Positions 6,834 through 15,976 of a stretch of 30,747 bases of DNA are shown here, one piece after another. The position numbers were made by a program, and so were the translations under genes. Positions within the stretch are counted from its first letter, which is position 1, and each line of letters begins with the position of its first letter. The DNA is from a virus (lineage: Duplodnaviria > Caudoviricetes). The notes under the pieces were generated by a model, which searched no databases, had not been told where the DNA came from, and was given only the letters and a program-made list of their open reading frames with translations. Where the stretch lies: IMG/VR virus record IMGVR_UViG_3300049899_000143, positions 1 to 30,747 of that record, one strand, 5' to 3'.

Positions 6834-7790
6834 TCACTCTCCTCTATTCTTTGGATAGTCCAAAGGCAGTTTTGGGTTGTTTTCCAGAAGCAATTTCCTC
6901 AATCGCTTGGTTTCCTTCTTGCCTCTTCCCATCACATACACATACTTATGCTTCGGGGCGGCGACTCGTTTTTTACATGCATTCTTCTTGTCCTTGGCCA
7001 TCTGTTTCAGTTGGACTGCAACCTCGTTAGGGATTGCACTCCAATTCACCTTTCCCTTTCGTCTCCACTCTGGCAGGAACTCTATTCCAAGATCCTTCGC
7101 ATGGCGAACATACTCGGAGCGTTCTGTAAATGCCTTGTCGCCCTTCCATCCTTTGCCCTCGACGAAATACTGGTGCTTGGTTCCGCTGGCTTGGCCAAGA
7201 TAGGTCCAACTGCACGCAGAATACAGCGTGCCAATTTCGTTTGCATCAGGATCGCTATATGCCGTGAAATAGCGAAAGTCGGTGTTCTTCACCATCCACT
7301 TGATTGATGCCATGATGATGTTCGATCCAAGGTTCTTGGGCCCAAATGAAATACAGGCACCACGAGCGAGCAACTTTTCCTTGTGCTTCATGTCGGCACC
7401 CAACAGATGTGAAAATGCATTCGGCGTTGCCATCATAATCACACCCGATAGCACACGCGGCTTACCCGGAACATTTAATGTCATCGTGAAACGATGCGTT
7501 GTCCAAGTTGCAGGTTTTCCCAACCATTCGTGTCTCTCGATGAACTTTACGATTTCGCGGCAACGAGCCTTGTCTGTCTTGGGAATATACTCAAACTCAA
7601 AGTCCGAAACTCTTAATGCCGCTGCTTCTTCTTCTGTCAGATTGGCATCCTTTAGATCCTGCTCACGATTCACATCACGGATGTGCCCTTGCCAGCACTT
7701 GTCACCATCGTATTTCTCAAATCGCTCATGCGGAGGGATGTATCCTGTAGGTTCATCTTCTTCACTTTTCATGAATTTCAATAGTGACAT
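6834..7790 (-). CDS. Mom-like (GNAT-fold) DNA adenine modification protein
   Basis: Motifs FIERHEWLG, LLARGAC...PKNLGS..I and TAYSDP....GTLYSACSWTYLG match the Mu Mom family pattern (H-Y-L; L.R...N.ES; S(F/Y)AD....G.(V/I)YQA.N(F/W).Y.G). Confidence 0.7.
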   Translation of the reverse strand: MSLLKFMKSEEDEPTGYIPPHERFEKYDGDKCWQGHIRDVNREQDLKDANLTEEEAAALRVSDFEFEYIPKTDKARCREIVKFIERHEWLGKPATWTTHRFTMTLNVPGKPRVLSGVIMMATPNAFSHLLGADMKHKEKLLARGACISFGPKNLGSNIIMASIKWMVKNTDFRYFTAYSDPDANEIGTLYSACSWTYLGQASGTKHQYFVEGKGWKGDKAFTERSEYVRHAKDLGIEFLPEWRRKGKVNWSAIPNEVAVQLKQMAKDKKNACKKRVAAPKHKYVYVMGRGKKETKRLRKLLLENNPKLPLDYPKNRGE

Positions 7791-8451
7791 TTTTTTCGTT
7801 CCTCTTCTTTGCGTCGTAATGTGCTTTCAATGATTCACTAAGTCTTTTTCGGGATTCTTCCGTCCAAACCCTTTTTCGGCTTGCTTCACCATTCTTTCTT
7901 CGGGTTTCTTCTGACACCACTTTCCCTTTATTTGATTCACTTATTTTCCTTTTGTGTTCTTCTGTAAACACTTTTCCTTTACCAGAATCGCTCATCTTTT
8001 TTCTGGTTTCTGCTGTGTGGACCCGCCCCGTATTAGCCTCCCTAATTTTTTGCAGTGATGCTTCTGAATGTTTTTTTCCATAGAAAGGATTCTTTTCACC
8101 CGCTAGTTTCCCTTTGTGTGCTTGACTGATCTTCCTTCGGGTTCCTTCTCCGGTGCTATTCCAATCTTTCCCATTATTGGCTCTGTTCAACCAAGAATCA
8201 TTATGTACACAGTTGTTTTCTGTCAGAAACTTCTCTTCATATGCCCGAGCATCATCGGCCGATTCAAAAGTCTTATCAATAGTCGCAATAAACTCATCAT
8301 CAGAGTATTGCTCCCGAAGTTCCTTTATAAATTTTGAACTCGTAAAGTATTTCTTCCACAAGTCATCCTCTGGGGATACCTTATTTGCAGAGCGGTATCC
8401 ATAATAGGATTTTCCATTGGGGCATTTGATAATATAGGTGTATGCATTCAT
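7762..8451 (-). mobile_element. Free-standing GIY-YIG homing endonuclease (Seg-like) with tandem NUMOD3 DNA-binding repeats
   Basis: AYTYII...KSYYGYR, a conserved Glu (AYEE) and WLN. C-terminal NPFYGKKHSE, HTAETRKKMS, FTEEHKRKIS and VSEETRRK repeats. Confidence 0.85.
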
Positions 8452-8455
8452 ATTC

Positions 8456-8623
8456 TCAATTACTCCAATTCTTTACAATGTTTGCCACAATAAAACAATT
8501 CGTCACCACATAGACAACCACAATCAACGTGCGGACAATTGCCACATGGTCAGAAATCGTATCGTTCTCATCATCAGCCTTGGCTCCCAATGATTTCACC
8601 CATACGCGCCAGATGTATTTCAT
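8456..8623 (-). CDS. Small membrane protein (55 aa) of a type seen in aquatic T4-like phages; absent from the ORF track
   Basis: Hand translation MKYIWRVWVKSLGAKADDENDTISDHVAIVRTLIVVVYVVTNCFIVANIVKNWSN. ATGA overlap with the gp46 stop; one hydrophobic TM stretch. Confidence 0.75.
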   Translation of the reverse strand: MKYIWRVWVKSLGAKADDENDTISDHVAIVRTLIVVVYVVTNCFIVANIVKNWSN

Positions 8624-10344
8624 AGGTCGCCCTTGGAAGAGAATCCGCGAACCTTCTCAAATTTCAACGTGTTCTCAAAGCGGTCAATGAGGTCAACCTT
8701 GTGTGAAATCACAAAGACATTCGTGTCCTCGGATTGCTTGAAAAGTAATTTTCCCATCACCTCATCGGCACCAATGGCATCCAGTGAACCATCGAACACT
8801 TCATCAAGGATCAGCAGATTGGTATTGACGCTGTTTTTGAGTTCGGCAATCTTGCGCCATGTGAACAGCAATGCCAAATCAATCCGAGCTTTCTCTCCCT
8901 CTGAGAATGACGCATATGTGAATTCATCCAGATGTCGTGACTTGATGGTTTCATTGAATGTCTCGTCTATCTCAAACTTCACGAAGAAATCTAAATCCTG
9001 TAGATGCTTGTTCACCTGTGCATTGATGATGGGCAGATAGTTCTCGATGATTTTTGCCTTGATGCCAGAATCCTTCAGGAGTTCATATGCCACATCATGT
9101 GTCTTCTTGGTTCCACTCAATGTCATCTGGGAAATTTCTAATTCATTCAATTCAATTTCAATATCATGTAGCACCTGGGCCCTGTCTCCCTTGTCTGATT
9201 CGGCAATGGAATCTTCGATGTCTTCTATTTCACCATTCAAGGCAATTCGCGATTTCTTCAATGCGGCAATGGTGACAGAAAGCTCATTGCGTGAATCACG
9301 ATGCCCTGCGTATTCCTTTTCCATTGTCCGCAGGGCATCCATGCCTTCGTCAATTGTTCCTATTGTGCCCATGAGAGATTTGATTGCATCCTGTAGTTCT
9401 TGTGCCTTGCTCGACTTGGTAGAAATCATGCCATCACGAAATGTTTCGTCTATGGCCTGTTCGCAGGTAGGGCAATCATCATGGTCTTCATAGAATGCAA
9501 TTTCTTTCTTGACCTTGTTCTTGTTCTTGTTCAAGTCTCTGAATATCTCGTCTGCCTGCTTCTTTTTTGCCTCAATCGGGGTCTTCTTGGAATTGATAGA
9601 TGTCACCAGAAGGCCGCATTTCTCTTCTAATGCATCTAATTTTTTCTTCCCTACCCCGACCTCCACTTCTATGCTTTGCAGAGTTTTTTGCTTCTTTTTT
9701 AATTCGTCCTCTCGTTCCTTCAATGATGCGCTAATATTGGACTCTTGAAGGTCTTTCTTCTCTTCTACTAGCCCTATGCGCGAGTTGGTGGTCTTGATGT
9801 CCGTCTTCAATTCGGACAATTTCCCCTTCAGCAAAACGTTCATATCAGAGAAAATCTCAATGTCCAGGACATCCTCGACTACCTTTCTCCTGTCGGCTGG
9901 AGTCATCTGCATGAATGAATCATAGCGTGAACCAAGAATGACAACACTACAAAACGACTTGTAATTCATCTTGAGGATAGATGATTCAAAGATGTTTTGG
10001 AAATCCTTGGCAGATGCGCTCTTGTCAAATGGAACATGATTGCATTCTATGTCAAAGACGGCAGGCTTCAGGCCACGACAAACCTTATAGTTATTTTTGC
10101 CGATAGAGAATTGTAGTTCTACGACACAATCCTTCTGATTCACACTATTGACCAATGCAGGCTTATTGATATTGCGATATGCCTTGCCAAACAATGCAAA
10201 TGTAAGAGCATCAAGTAATGTAGACTTGCCGCTGCCGTTCTTGCCAATGATGAGCGTGTTCTTCTTGCTATTCAGGTCATACTCTGTGAACGTGTTTCCA
10301 CTCGAAATGAAGTTCTTGTATTTGAGTGTTTTAAATACAATCAA
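8620..10344 (-). CDS. gp46: Recombination endonuclease ATPase subunit (Rad50/SbcC-like)
   Basis: Walker A GKNGSGKS, zinc hook CPTC, signature FSEGE, Walker B LLILDE, D-loop SLD and ISH. TTG start with AGGAG RBS. Confidence 0.96.
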   Translation of the reverse strand: MIVFKTLKYKNFISSGNTFTEYDLNSKKNTLIIGKNGSGKSTLLDALTFALFGKAYRNINKPALVNSVNQKDCVVELQFSIGKNNYKVCRGLKPAVFDIECNHVPFDKSASAKDFQNIFESSILKMNYKSFCSVVILGSRYDSFMQMTPADRRKVVEDVLDIEIFSDMNVLLKGKLSELKTDIKTTNSRIGLVEEKKDLQESNISASLKEREDELKKKQKTLQSIEVEVGVGKKKLDALEEKCGLLVTSINSKKTPIEAKKKQADEIFRDLNKNKNKVKKEIAFYEDHDDCPTCEQAIDETFRDGMISTKSSKAQELQDAIKSLMGTIGTIDEGMDALRTMEKEYAGHRDSRNELSVTIAALKKSRIALNGEIEDIEDSIAESDKGDRAQVLHDIEIELNELEISQMTLSGTKKTHDVAYELLKDSGIKAKIIENYLPIINAQVNKHLQDLDFFVKFEIDETFNETIKSRHLDEFTYASFSEGEKARIDLALLFTWRKIAELKNSVNTNLLILDEVFDGSLDAIGADEVMGKLLFKQSEDTNVFVISHKVDLIDRFENTLKFEKVRGFSSKGDL

Positions 10345-11137
10345 TTTTCACTCTCCTATTCTTCTCTTTGATCTTCCTTCGGGAATTTATACGAGACGCA
10401 CTTTCTTCTAAGTTTCCCATAGGCACCATATCAAGAAACTGAGAAACTCCATTAATAACAACCTTTTCTACTGCCTGTGTGTTAGCAATCTTTTTGCTTT
10501 CGTTTTCAGCATATACACTAAAGATAATCACATACCATTCGTCATTACCATGCAAAGCAGCATTCATCCACCTATGACCATGTATATGTGTTTTGGCTCC
10601 ATTCATAAATCCCATATATGACATCATTCTCGACTCCAAGGATTTTGCTGAACTTTTACCTGTTCCACTACAACCAATTTTCCCGCGAACGAGATTTTCT
10701 TTTTGAAAGTGTCCCATATTAGAAACCAATGAATCAAGGGCATATGTAGTTTGGATTTCTTCTTGTTCTATGGTTTGGTTAGAAGGAAATATCATATAGA
10801 CATATCCTCCAGAAGTATGGTTTTGCGTCTTCAGCCATTCTCTAAAATCGGGGTCCATGAGTCTGAATGTTCCTATATGATGAGTACCATAGAGCAAATC
10901 TGATGAATACTGTGTCATCTTCGTAACTCCACCCACCGACTGAAAGTATCTTTCCTTAGCTTTCCGTATTGCCATATCCTTTTCCTCAATACGAATTCCA
11001 AGTGCCTCGTAAACTCTTTTGGAGCCTTTAAGATGATATGACCACCACCATCTTTTGGGTGAGTTTACATTGATGAATATGAATACCTTTTTTTCACTAT
11101 TCAAACCATTGATAATTTCCTGCTGTAGTTTCTTCAT
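10331..11137 (-). CDS. Hypothetical protein; possible divergent GIY-YIG (T5orf172-like) endonuclease with an N-terminal Arm/AP2-like DNA-binding module
   Basis: GGYVYMI...GKIGCS...LESRM..Y...E pattern. N-terminal WWWSYHLKGSKRVYEALG...AIRKAKE. AT-richer than its neighbours; GAGGTG RBS. Confidence 0.45.
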   Translation of the reverse strand: MKKLQQEIINGLNSEKKVFIFINVNSPKRWWWSYHLKGSKRVYEALGIRIEEKDMAIRKAKERYFQSVGGVTKMTQYSSDLLYGTHHIGTFRLMDPDFREWLKTQNHTSGGYVYMIFPSNQTIEQEEIQTTYALDSLVSNMGHFQKENLVRGKIGCSGTGKSSAKSLESRMMSYMGFMNGAKTHIHGHRWMNAALHGNDEWYVIIFSVYAENESKKIANTQAVEKVVINGVSQFLDMVPMGNLEESASRINSRRKIKEKNRRVKIDCI

Positions 11138-11150
11138 AACAAATCACCTC

Positions 11151-12107
11151 TTACTGGTTCAAAATAAAGTCGGTATCGCTCAACAACATGACGAGCAGGG
11201 CCATACGAATATATAGGCCGTTCTCTACTTGTCTGAAGTATGCCGCTCTCGGGTCAGAATCCACTTCGGGAAGCAATTCGTTTACCCTTGGAAGAGGATG
11301 AAGAATCCGTGCATCAGGTTTCATCAGTTTCAACAAATCAGCATCAATGCGATACTCGGCTTGCCTATGATGCTTCTGATATGCCTTAAAATCTTCTTGG
11401 GTGAATCGTTCTTTCTGTAGTCTTGTCTGATATATCACATCGACCTTCGGTACGACTTCTTTCAGATTTGCACTAATGGTCAAGGGTATATCGGACTCGG
11501 CAACATGGAGCAGGAGTTCTCGCTTCAGCTTGACGAACTCGGGTGCCACCAAATACAGGTGTCCAATGTTCTTGTATTTGGTAAGGAGATACAGGAGTGA
11601 ATGGATAGTCCGACTGTGGGCCAGGTCACCCACCAGGGCAATATGCTTTCCGTTGATTCCTCCGCACTCTCGGCGTATGGTATACAGGTCAAGAAGTGCC
11701 TGTGTCGGATGCTGCCCATCTCCATCCCCGGCATTGATGATGGGTGTATCCGGGCAGACCAATGCGGCAGCCTCGGCAGCACCTTCTTTCGGATGCCGCA
11801 GAACAATCACATCCGAATAGGCAGCAACCGTGCGAACAGAATCTTCTAGCAATTCTCCTTTTGCAGTCGAAGAGAAATTCTCGGCATTCTCTGTGGACAG
11901 AACATCACCACCCAGCTTTTTCATTGCAGCCTCAAATGAAAATCGGGTGCGTGTGGATGGTTCATAGAACAACGTTGACATGATAAGCCCAGAGTTCCTT
12001 AGCATTGGAATCGGGTTTTCTCGTATCCTGTCTGTCACCTCAAAGATTGTCTTTAGTGTTTTCTTGTCAAATTGCTGTGCCTTCAAAACGTGTTTCATCT
12101 TTTCCAT
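11151..12107 (-). CDS. pyrB: Aspartate carbamoyltransferase catalytic subunit (auxiliary metabolic gene)
   Basis: FYEPSTRTRFSFE, AKGE, VLRHP, INAGDG..QHPTQALLD, GDL..SRT, YQTRLQKERF and HPLPR are all present. Start re-called at 12107 with a GAGGAG RBS. Confidence 0.95.
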   Translation of the reverse strand: MEKMKHVLKAQQFDKKTLKTIFEVTDRIRENPIPMLRNSGLIMSTLFYEPSTRTRFSFEAAMKKLGGDVLSTENAENFSSTAKGELLEDSVRTVAAYSDVIVLRHPKEGAAEAAALVCPDTPIINAGDGDGQHPTQALLDLYTIRRECGGINGKHIALVGDLAHSRTIHSLLYLLTKYKNIGHLYLVAPEFVKLKRELLLHVAESDIPLTISANLKEVVPKVDVIYQTRLQKERFTQEDFKAYQKHHRQAEYRIDADLLKLMKPDARILHPLPRVNELLPEVDSDPRAAYFRQVENGLYIRMALLVMLLSDTDFILNQ

Positions 12108-12123
12108 AACACAAACTCTCCTC

Positions 12124-13170
12124 TTATGCGTTTGAAATTGCCTCTTCAAATAACGATCTCATCAATCCCTTGACATCATCCTTGTTGTCATATTGGGACT
12201 GTTCCACATAGTCATTCAATAACTCTAGCGTTCCCTTGCTCTCGATATGTTCAATTGCCACATCATCATTATTCAATGCATCCGTATTGTCAAGGATTTG
12301 CATATGCCAAGGGTCGGCGGCTTCCATCTCAATGATAAACTTGTCGAATATGTATTGGTCATTGATTTCGTTGGCAATAATCTTGACTGCACTCCTCTTG
12401 TATATGTCAAAGTCAATGTTCCCGTTGAGAAACTCATCCTCTGTCGATGCATCATAGAACACCTTGGAAAACATCTTGAGTGGATTGGGCACAAATTCTA
12501 ATTCGAGCGTGTCCGTATCGAACACATGAAACCCACGCTCTTCTCCATAGTCAATCCATGTCTGCTCAAAGGGCGAACCCAAATACCATACGTTGTCCAT
12601 GTGCGAGCGGGTATGGAAATGACCAGAGAAAACCATATCGAACTTCTTGAAGACCCCCCTGTTCATGCCGTCCATTGATACCGAACCTTTTGCAAACGGG
12701 AACCCGGCAAGATTCAGATGCCCGAAGACTACTGATGCCTTTGATGCCTTAATGCGTTTGAGTGTGGTGTCTTCGTTTCCAGAATTAATCCACGGCACGA
12801 TAAGGACATCCAGGCCATCAAAGGTGACCTCGGACGTTTCCTCGTATACGTCAATGCCATTGTCAAACAGACAATCCATTGAGTTGATGCGATTGGTATT
12901 CTTGTAGTATGTGTCATGGTTGCCAATAACAATGGACAGGTCATACTCGAAACGCATCTTGTCAATGACCTTCTTGAAGCGATGCAATGTCTTATAGCTG
13001 ACCCACTTGCGGCGGTCGGTCACATCTCCGAGGTGGATGATGGACTTGATGCCATGCTCTTCCAGATAGGGGAAGAATTGCTCATACCAGAATCTCTCTT
13101 GATACTCTGCAAAGGTGTCGCTGTCTCCGCGAATCCCTGCATGAGTGTCTGTCACCAATGCGATTTTCAT
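12124..13170 (-). CDS. gp47: Recombination endonuclease nuclease subunit (Mre11/SbcD-like)
   Basis: Metallophosphoesterase motifs DTH, LGD, GNHD, GHL and SGHFH; synteny after gp55. Confidence 0.96.
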   Translation of the reverse strand: MKIALVTDTHAGIRGDSDTFAEYQERFWYEQFFPYLEEHGIKSIIHLGDVTDRRKWVSYKTLHRFKKVIDKMRFEYDLSIVIGNHDTYYKNTNRINSMDCLFDNGIDVYEETSEVTFDGLDVLIVPWINSGNEDTTLKRIKASKASVVFGHLNLAGFPFAKGSVSMDGMNRGVFKKFDMVFSGHFHTRSHMDNVWYLGSPFEQTWIDYGEERGFHVFDTDTLELEFVPNPLKMFSKVFYDASTEDEFLNGNIDFDIYKRSAVKIIANEINDQYIFDKFIIEMEAADPWHMQILDNTDALNNDDVAIEHIESKGTLELLNDYVEQSQYDNKDDVKGLMRSLFEEAISNA

Positions 13171-13171
13171 A

Positions 13172-13831
13172 TTATACGTCCTCGGGCTTCACGTTCGTTG
13201 CATATTGTAACAGGTTGTTTGCACTCACGGGCCTTTTCTTTTTTGCTGTTGGGGCAACGCCATCTGTTTGTGTTCTTTTTTTGTTCTTTATATCTTTTTT
13301 CTTTTGTATGGAATCTTCAAAGGTTCCAATGAACTCACTCATGTTGTCATATAGTTTTGCAAATCCAATACTGGATATGTTGGTTTGTTCTTGACTTAGC
13401 AGACTACTGTTGCTGGGGCCCGTTGCCGAGGCTTCGTTTAAATTGTCCATTATCTGAGAATTTTCTAACGATTTATACTTGACATAAAGCTGCTTCTTTT
13501 CTTTTTGTATCCTTCTCAAAAATGCATAATAAATAATCTGAGTAAAATATGCAAATGGGTTCTTGGACTTCTCTGGATTGAAGTTGTGTATATATTGAAT
13601 ACAGTTCTCAATACCATCTGAAATCATATCTTCGCGGAAGGCATAGTTAATGAAATTTGATTTATACGAAAGCCTGTTTGCAATACTCATAAAAATCTTT
13701 CCAATATCATCGGGAACTCTCGGGTCGGGATCGCCATCCTCTCTGGCTATCTTTGTCTCCTCTTTGAATGCCATCATATATCTAAGAAATTCCTTATTAT
13801 CCACATAATGTTCTGGTTGTTTTCTACTCAT
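13172..13831 (-). CDS. gp55: Late-transcription sigma factor
   Basis: HYVDNKEFL, NFINY..REDMISDGIENC and KSKNPFAYFTQIIYYAFLRRIQKEK. Confidence 0.96.
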   Translation of the reverse strand: MSRKQPEHYVDNKEFLRYMMAFKEETKIAREDGDPDPRVPDDIGKIFMSIANRLSYKSNFINYAFREDMISDGIENCIQYIHNFNPEKSKNPFAYFTQIIYYAFLRRIQKEKKQLYVKYKSLENSQIMDNLNEASATGPSNSSLLSQEQTNISSIGFAKLYDNMSEFIGTFEDSIQKKKDIKNKKRTQTDGVAPTAKKKRPVSANNLLQYATNVKPEDV

Positions 13832-13841
13832 GGGCGGTTTC

Positions 13842-15335
13842 TCACTCCTTTGCCTGTGGTAATTTTACGTTATAGGATTTGACCTTGAATTTTTCTGACT
13901 TGTAGATTTCAAATCTCTCTTGATAGTGCTTGAGGGCAAAGTTCCTTGTCTTTCGGCCACACGAAAGGTCATCCACAATATCATACAGGACTGCCTGTTC
14001 GTCTTCGTCCTCCCCCACTCGCCGCAATGCTCGACCAATGCTCTGCAATGTTCTGATGCGCGACTTGCCGGGATGAACAAAGACCACATTGTTGAGTCGT
14101 TTGATGTTGATGCCCGTAGAATAGACACCCACGGACGCAATGATAATTGCATTTTCTTCCAGTTCTACCTGTGAACGGACTGCCTCTCGGTCATCGACTT
14201 TCGTTCCTCCATGTACAAAAAAGACCTTTTTCTTCTTGTCTCCCTTCTGTATCATGTCGAACAATGGGACTCCATGCTTCTCTATGTAGTTGAACAAGAC
14301 GAGCGTGTTTCCTTCAAGACTCAGAACCAAATTCTTGATGAACCTGTTGCGCGAATCACTCCCTACAATATAATCAATTTCTTCTTGGTATTTCAGTTTG
14401 GATGATACCTTCTCTTCATGCCTCAACACAATTGCCTTGACGACAAAATCTGAAAGCACCTTTTCGTCAATGAGTTTCTTGGTTCCAATGACCCTTCGGA
14501 CTGGACCCAATAGCCCCTCAATGACCAACTTGTTTGTCTGCATCCCATCCAGAGTTCCTGTCGTGCCGAAACGATATTTGACATTGGGTGTCTTTGTCAT
14601 GATACCCATGAGTGATTTGGCCTTTACCCCATGACACTCATCGACCACCACCATTCCGAACTGCTCAAAATAATCCTTGCGAAGACGAAACAACGACTGC
14701 CATGTTGAAATCACGATAGGGCATTCGGTTTCCTTTGACTTGCCCGACATGATTTGGTGAATGCCAATGTCCGAGGGAATGCCATAGTCGGCAAAGTCCT
14801 GTGTCATCTGTGCAACCAGCGATGTGGTCGGAACAATAATCAATGCCTTCTTATCTTCAATAATCATATTCAAATAGAACCGTGTGAGCATATAGATGAT
14901 GAGACTCTTGCCGGAACCTGTAGGAGAAAGCAGAAGCATCCTTCGCTTTCGGACTGCCGCCACAAAGGCATCCACTTGATAGTTTCTTGGGGTGAACTTG
15001 GGCGGAAGCCCCAATGTCTCAATGAATTGTACTGCCTCGTTTACTGAAAAGTTCTCGTCGGCAGCATCGGGCCCCTCTTCATGCTCTATGACATAGCCAT
15101 GTTCCCTTGCAAACTCTGTTATATAAGACACCAGCCCCGCATAGATGGTTCCGTCCTGTATGTTAAAAAGACGAATTTTTCCATCCCACACACCGTGCTT
15201 ATAGGTAGGCATGAACCGATAACCCGGCACTTCAAATGTGAAATGGTCTGACAATTCACGGAGGACGGAGCGTTCGTCGGAACGGACACGAAGATAGACT
15301 TCATTCAACTTCTGGATTTTAATGGTATCCATCAT
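13842..15335 (-). CDS. uvsW: SF2 DNA/RNA helicase
   Basis: WDGKIRL, SPTGSGKS, DECH, TTGT and QSIGRALR; follows uvsY. Confidence 0.95.
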   Translation of the reverse strand: MMDTIKIQKLNEVYLRVRSDERSVLRELSDHFTFEVPGYRFMPTYKHGVWDGKIRLFNIQDGTIYAGLVSYITEFAREHGYVIEHEEGPDAADENFSVNEAVQFIETLGLPPKFTPRNYQVDAFVAAVRKRRMLLLSPTGSGKSLIIYMLTRFYLNMIIEDKKALIIVPTTSLVAQMTQDFADYGIPSDIGIHQIMSGKSKETECPIVISTWQSLFRLRKDYFEQFGMVVVDECHGVKAKSLMGIMTKTPNVKYRFGTTGTLDGMQTNKLVIEGLLGPVRRVIGTKKLIDEKVLSDFVVKAIVLRHEEKVSSKLKYQEEIDYIVGSDSRNRFIKNLVLSLEGNTLVLFNYIEKHGVPLFDMIQKGDKKKKVFFVHGGTKVDDREAVRSQVELEENAIIIASVGVYSTGINIKRLNNVVFVHPGKSRIRTLQSIGRALRRVGEDEDEQAVLYDIVDDLSCGRKTRNFALKHYQERFEIYKSEKFKVKSYNVKLPQAKE

Positions 15336-15353
15336 ACTGGTATTGATGATTCT

Positions 15354-15821
15354 CTATCCGTTGATTCCGTTGGTGAATTGCTTCCACTTGATTGCATTGG
15401 AAATCGTAAAGCTTCGATTGTTGACAGACCCTATAATAGAACTCAGCAGGCCCACTTTTTCTCGCTGGTCGCCAATCATGACCAAGTTCTGAACAATGTT
15501 CGGGTCGCCATCCACATACTTTGCAACATCTCCCTTGAGGATTTTGAGAGCCAGCGGTTGCCAATTTCTCTCATCAAGGTCTTCTTGACACATTTTGCCA
15601 GAGTAGTATTCAAACTTGTCCTTCTCTAGCATCTTGTGGGTGAACATCATTCGGTTGAGGATACGATTCTCGTCGTTCATGATCTTCATGTACTTGGAAT
15701 GCAGTTGGGGAATCTTGAGGCTTTCAAGGTCAAGCTCCAAATCGTCAATCTTGGAGTCCACATCCCATAATTCGTGAATCATCTCTATCGTAAATTCCTT
15801 GTCTTCTTCAATAGTTGTCAT
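15354..15821 (-). CDS. uvsY: Recombination mediator protein
   Basis: W..DSKID...LD.ESLKIPQLHSKY, YYSGK and RSFTISNAIKWKQF; gp3-uvsY-uvsW synteny. Confidence 0.92.
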   Translation of the reverse strand: MTTIEEDKEFTIEMIHELWDVDSKIDDLELDLESLKIPQLHSKYMKIMNDENRILNRMMFTHKMLEKDKFEYYSGKMCQEDLDERNWQPLALKILKGDVAKYVDGDPNIVQNLVMIGDQREKVGLLSSIIGSVNNRSFTISNAIKWKQFTNGING

Positions 15822-15939
15822 GTTTTAAATATACCTTTCATTTTCAATATAATATAAGTGAATTGCTATTGTATGTTAAACTTCAGTTTAATTCGACACA
15901 CCCGTTGCCGAGTTGGGGGTTTCTCACATCCTGGGCCAT

Positions 15940-15967
15940 AGTATAATCACCAAACAACCAAGGTCAA
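15940..15967 (-). promoter_or_regulatory. Sigma70-type early/middle promoter for the uvsY-uvsW-gp55-gp47 operon
   Basis: TTGACC-N16-TATACT at the structural/replication gene boundary. Confidence 0.65.
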
Positions 15968-15976
15968 GGCCTAAAA

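Noticed and set aside
7762-11137. Group I intron or intein associated with the endonucleases or core genes
   Set aside because: gp46, gp47, gp17, gp20 and uvsW are all continuous and of normal length, and the endonuclease ORFs lie between genes.
6834-12107. Functional link between PyrB (carbamoyl transfer) and Mom-type carbamoylmethyl-adenine
   Set aside because: The PyrB keeps its aspartate-binding residues, Mom is a GNAT-fold enzyme not known to use carbamoyl-aspartate, and four genes separate them. The link is only verbal.
11151-12107. Ornithine carbamoyltransferase assignment
   Set aside because: It has ATCase-specific HPLP and RLQKER rather than the OTCase HCLP and SMG motifs.
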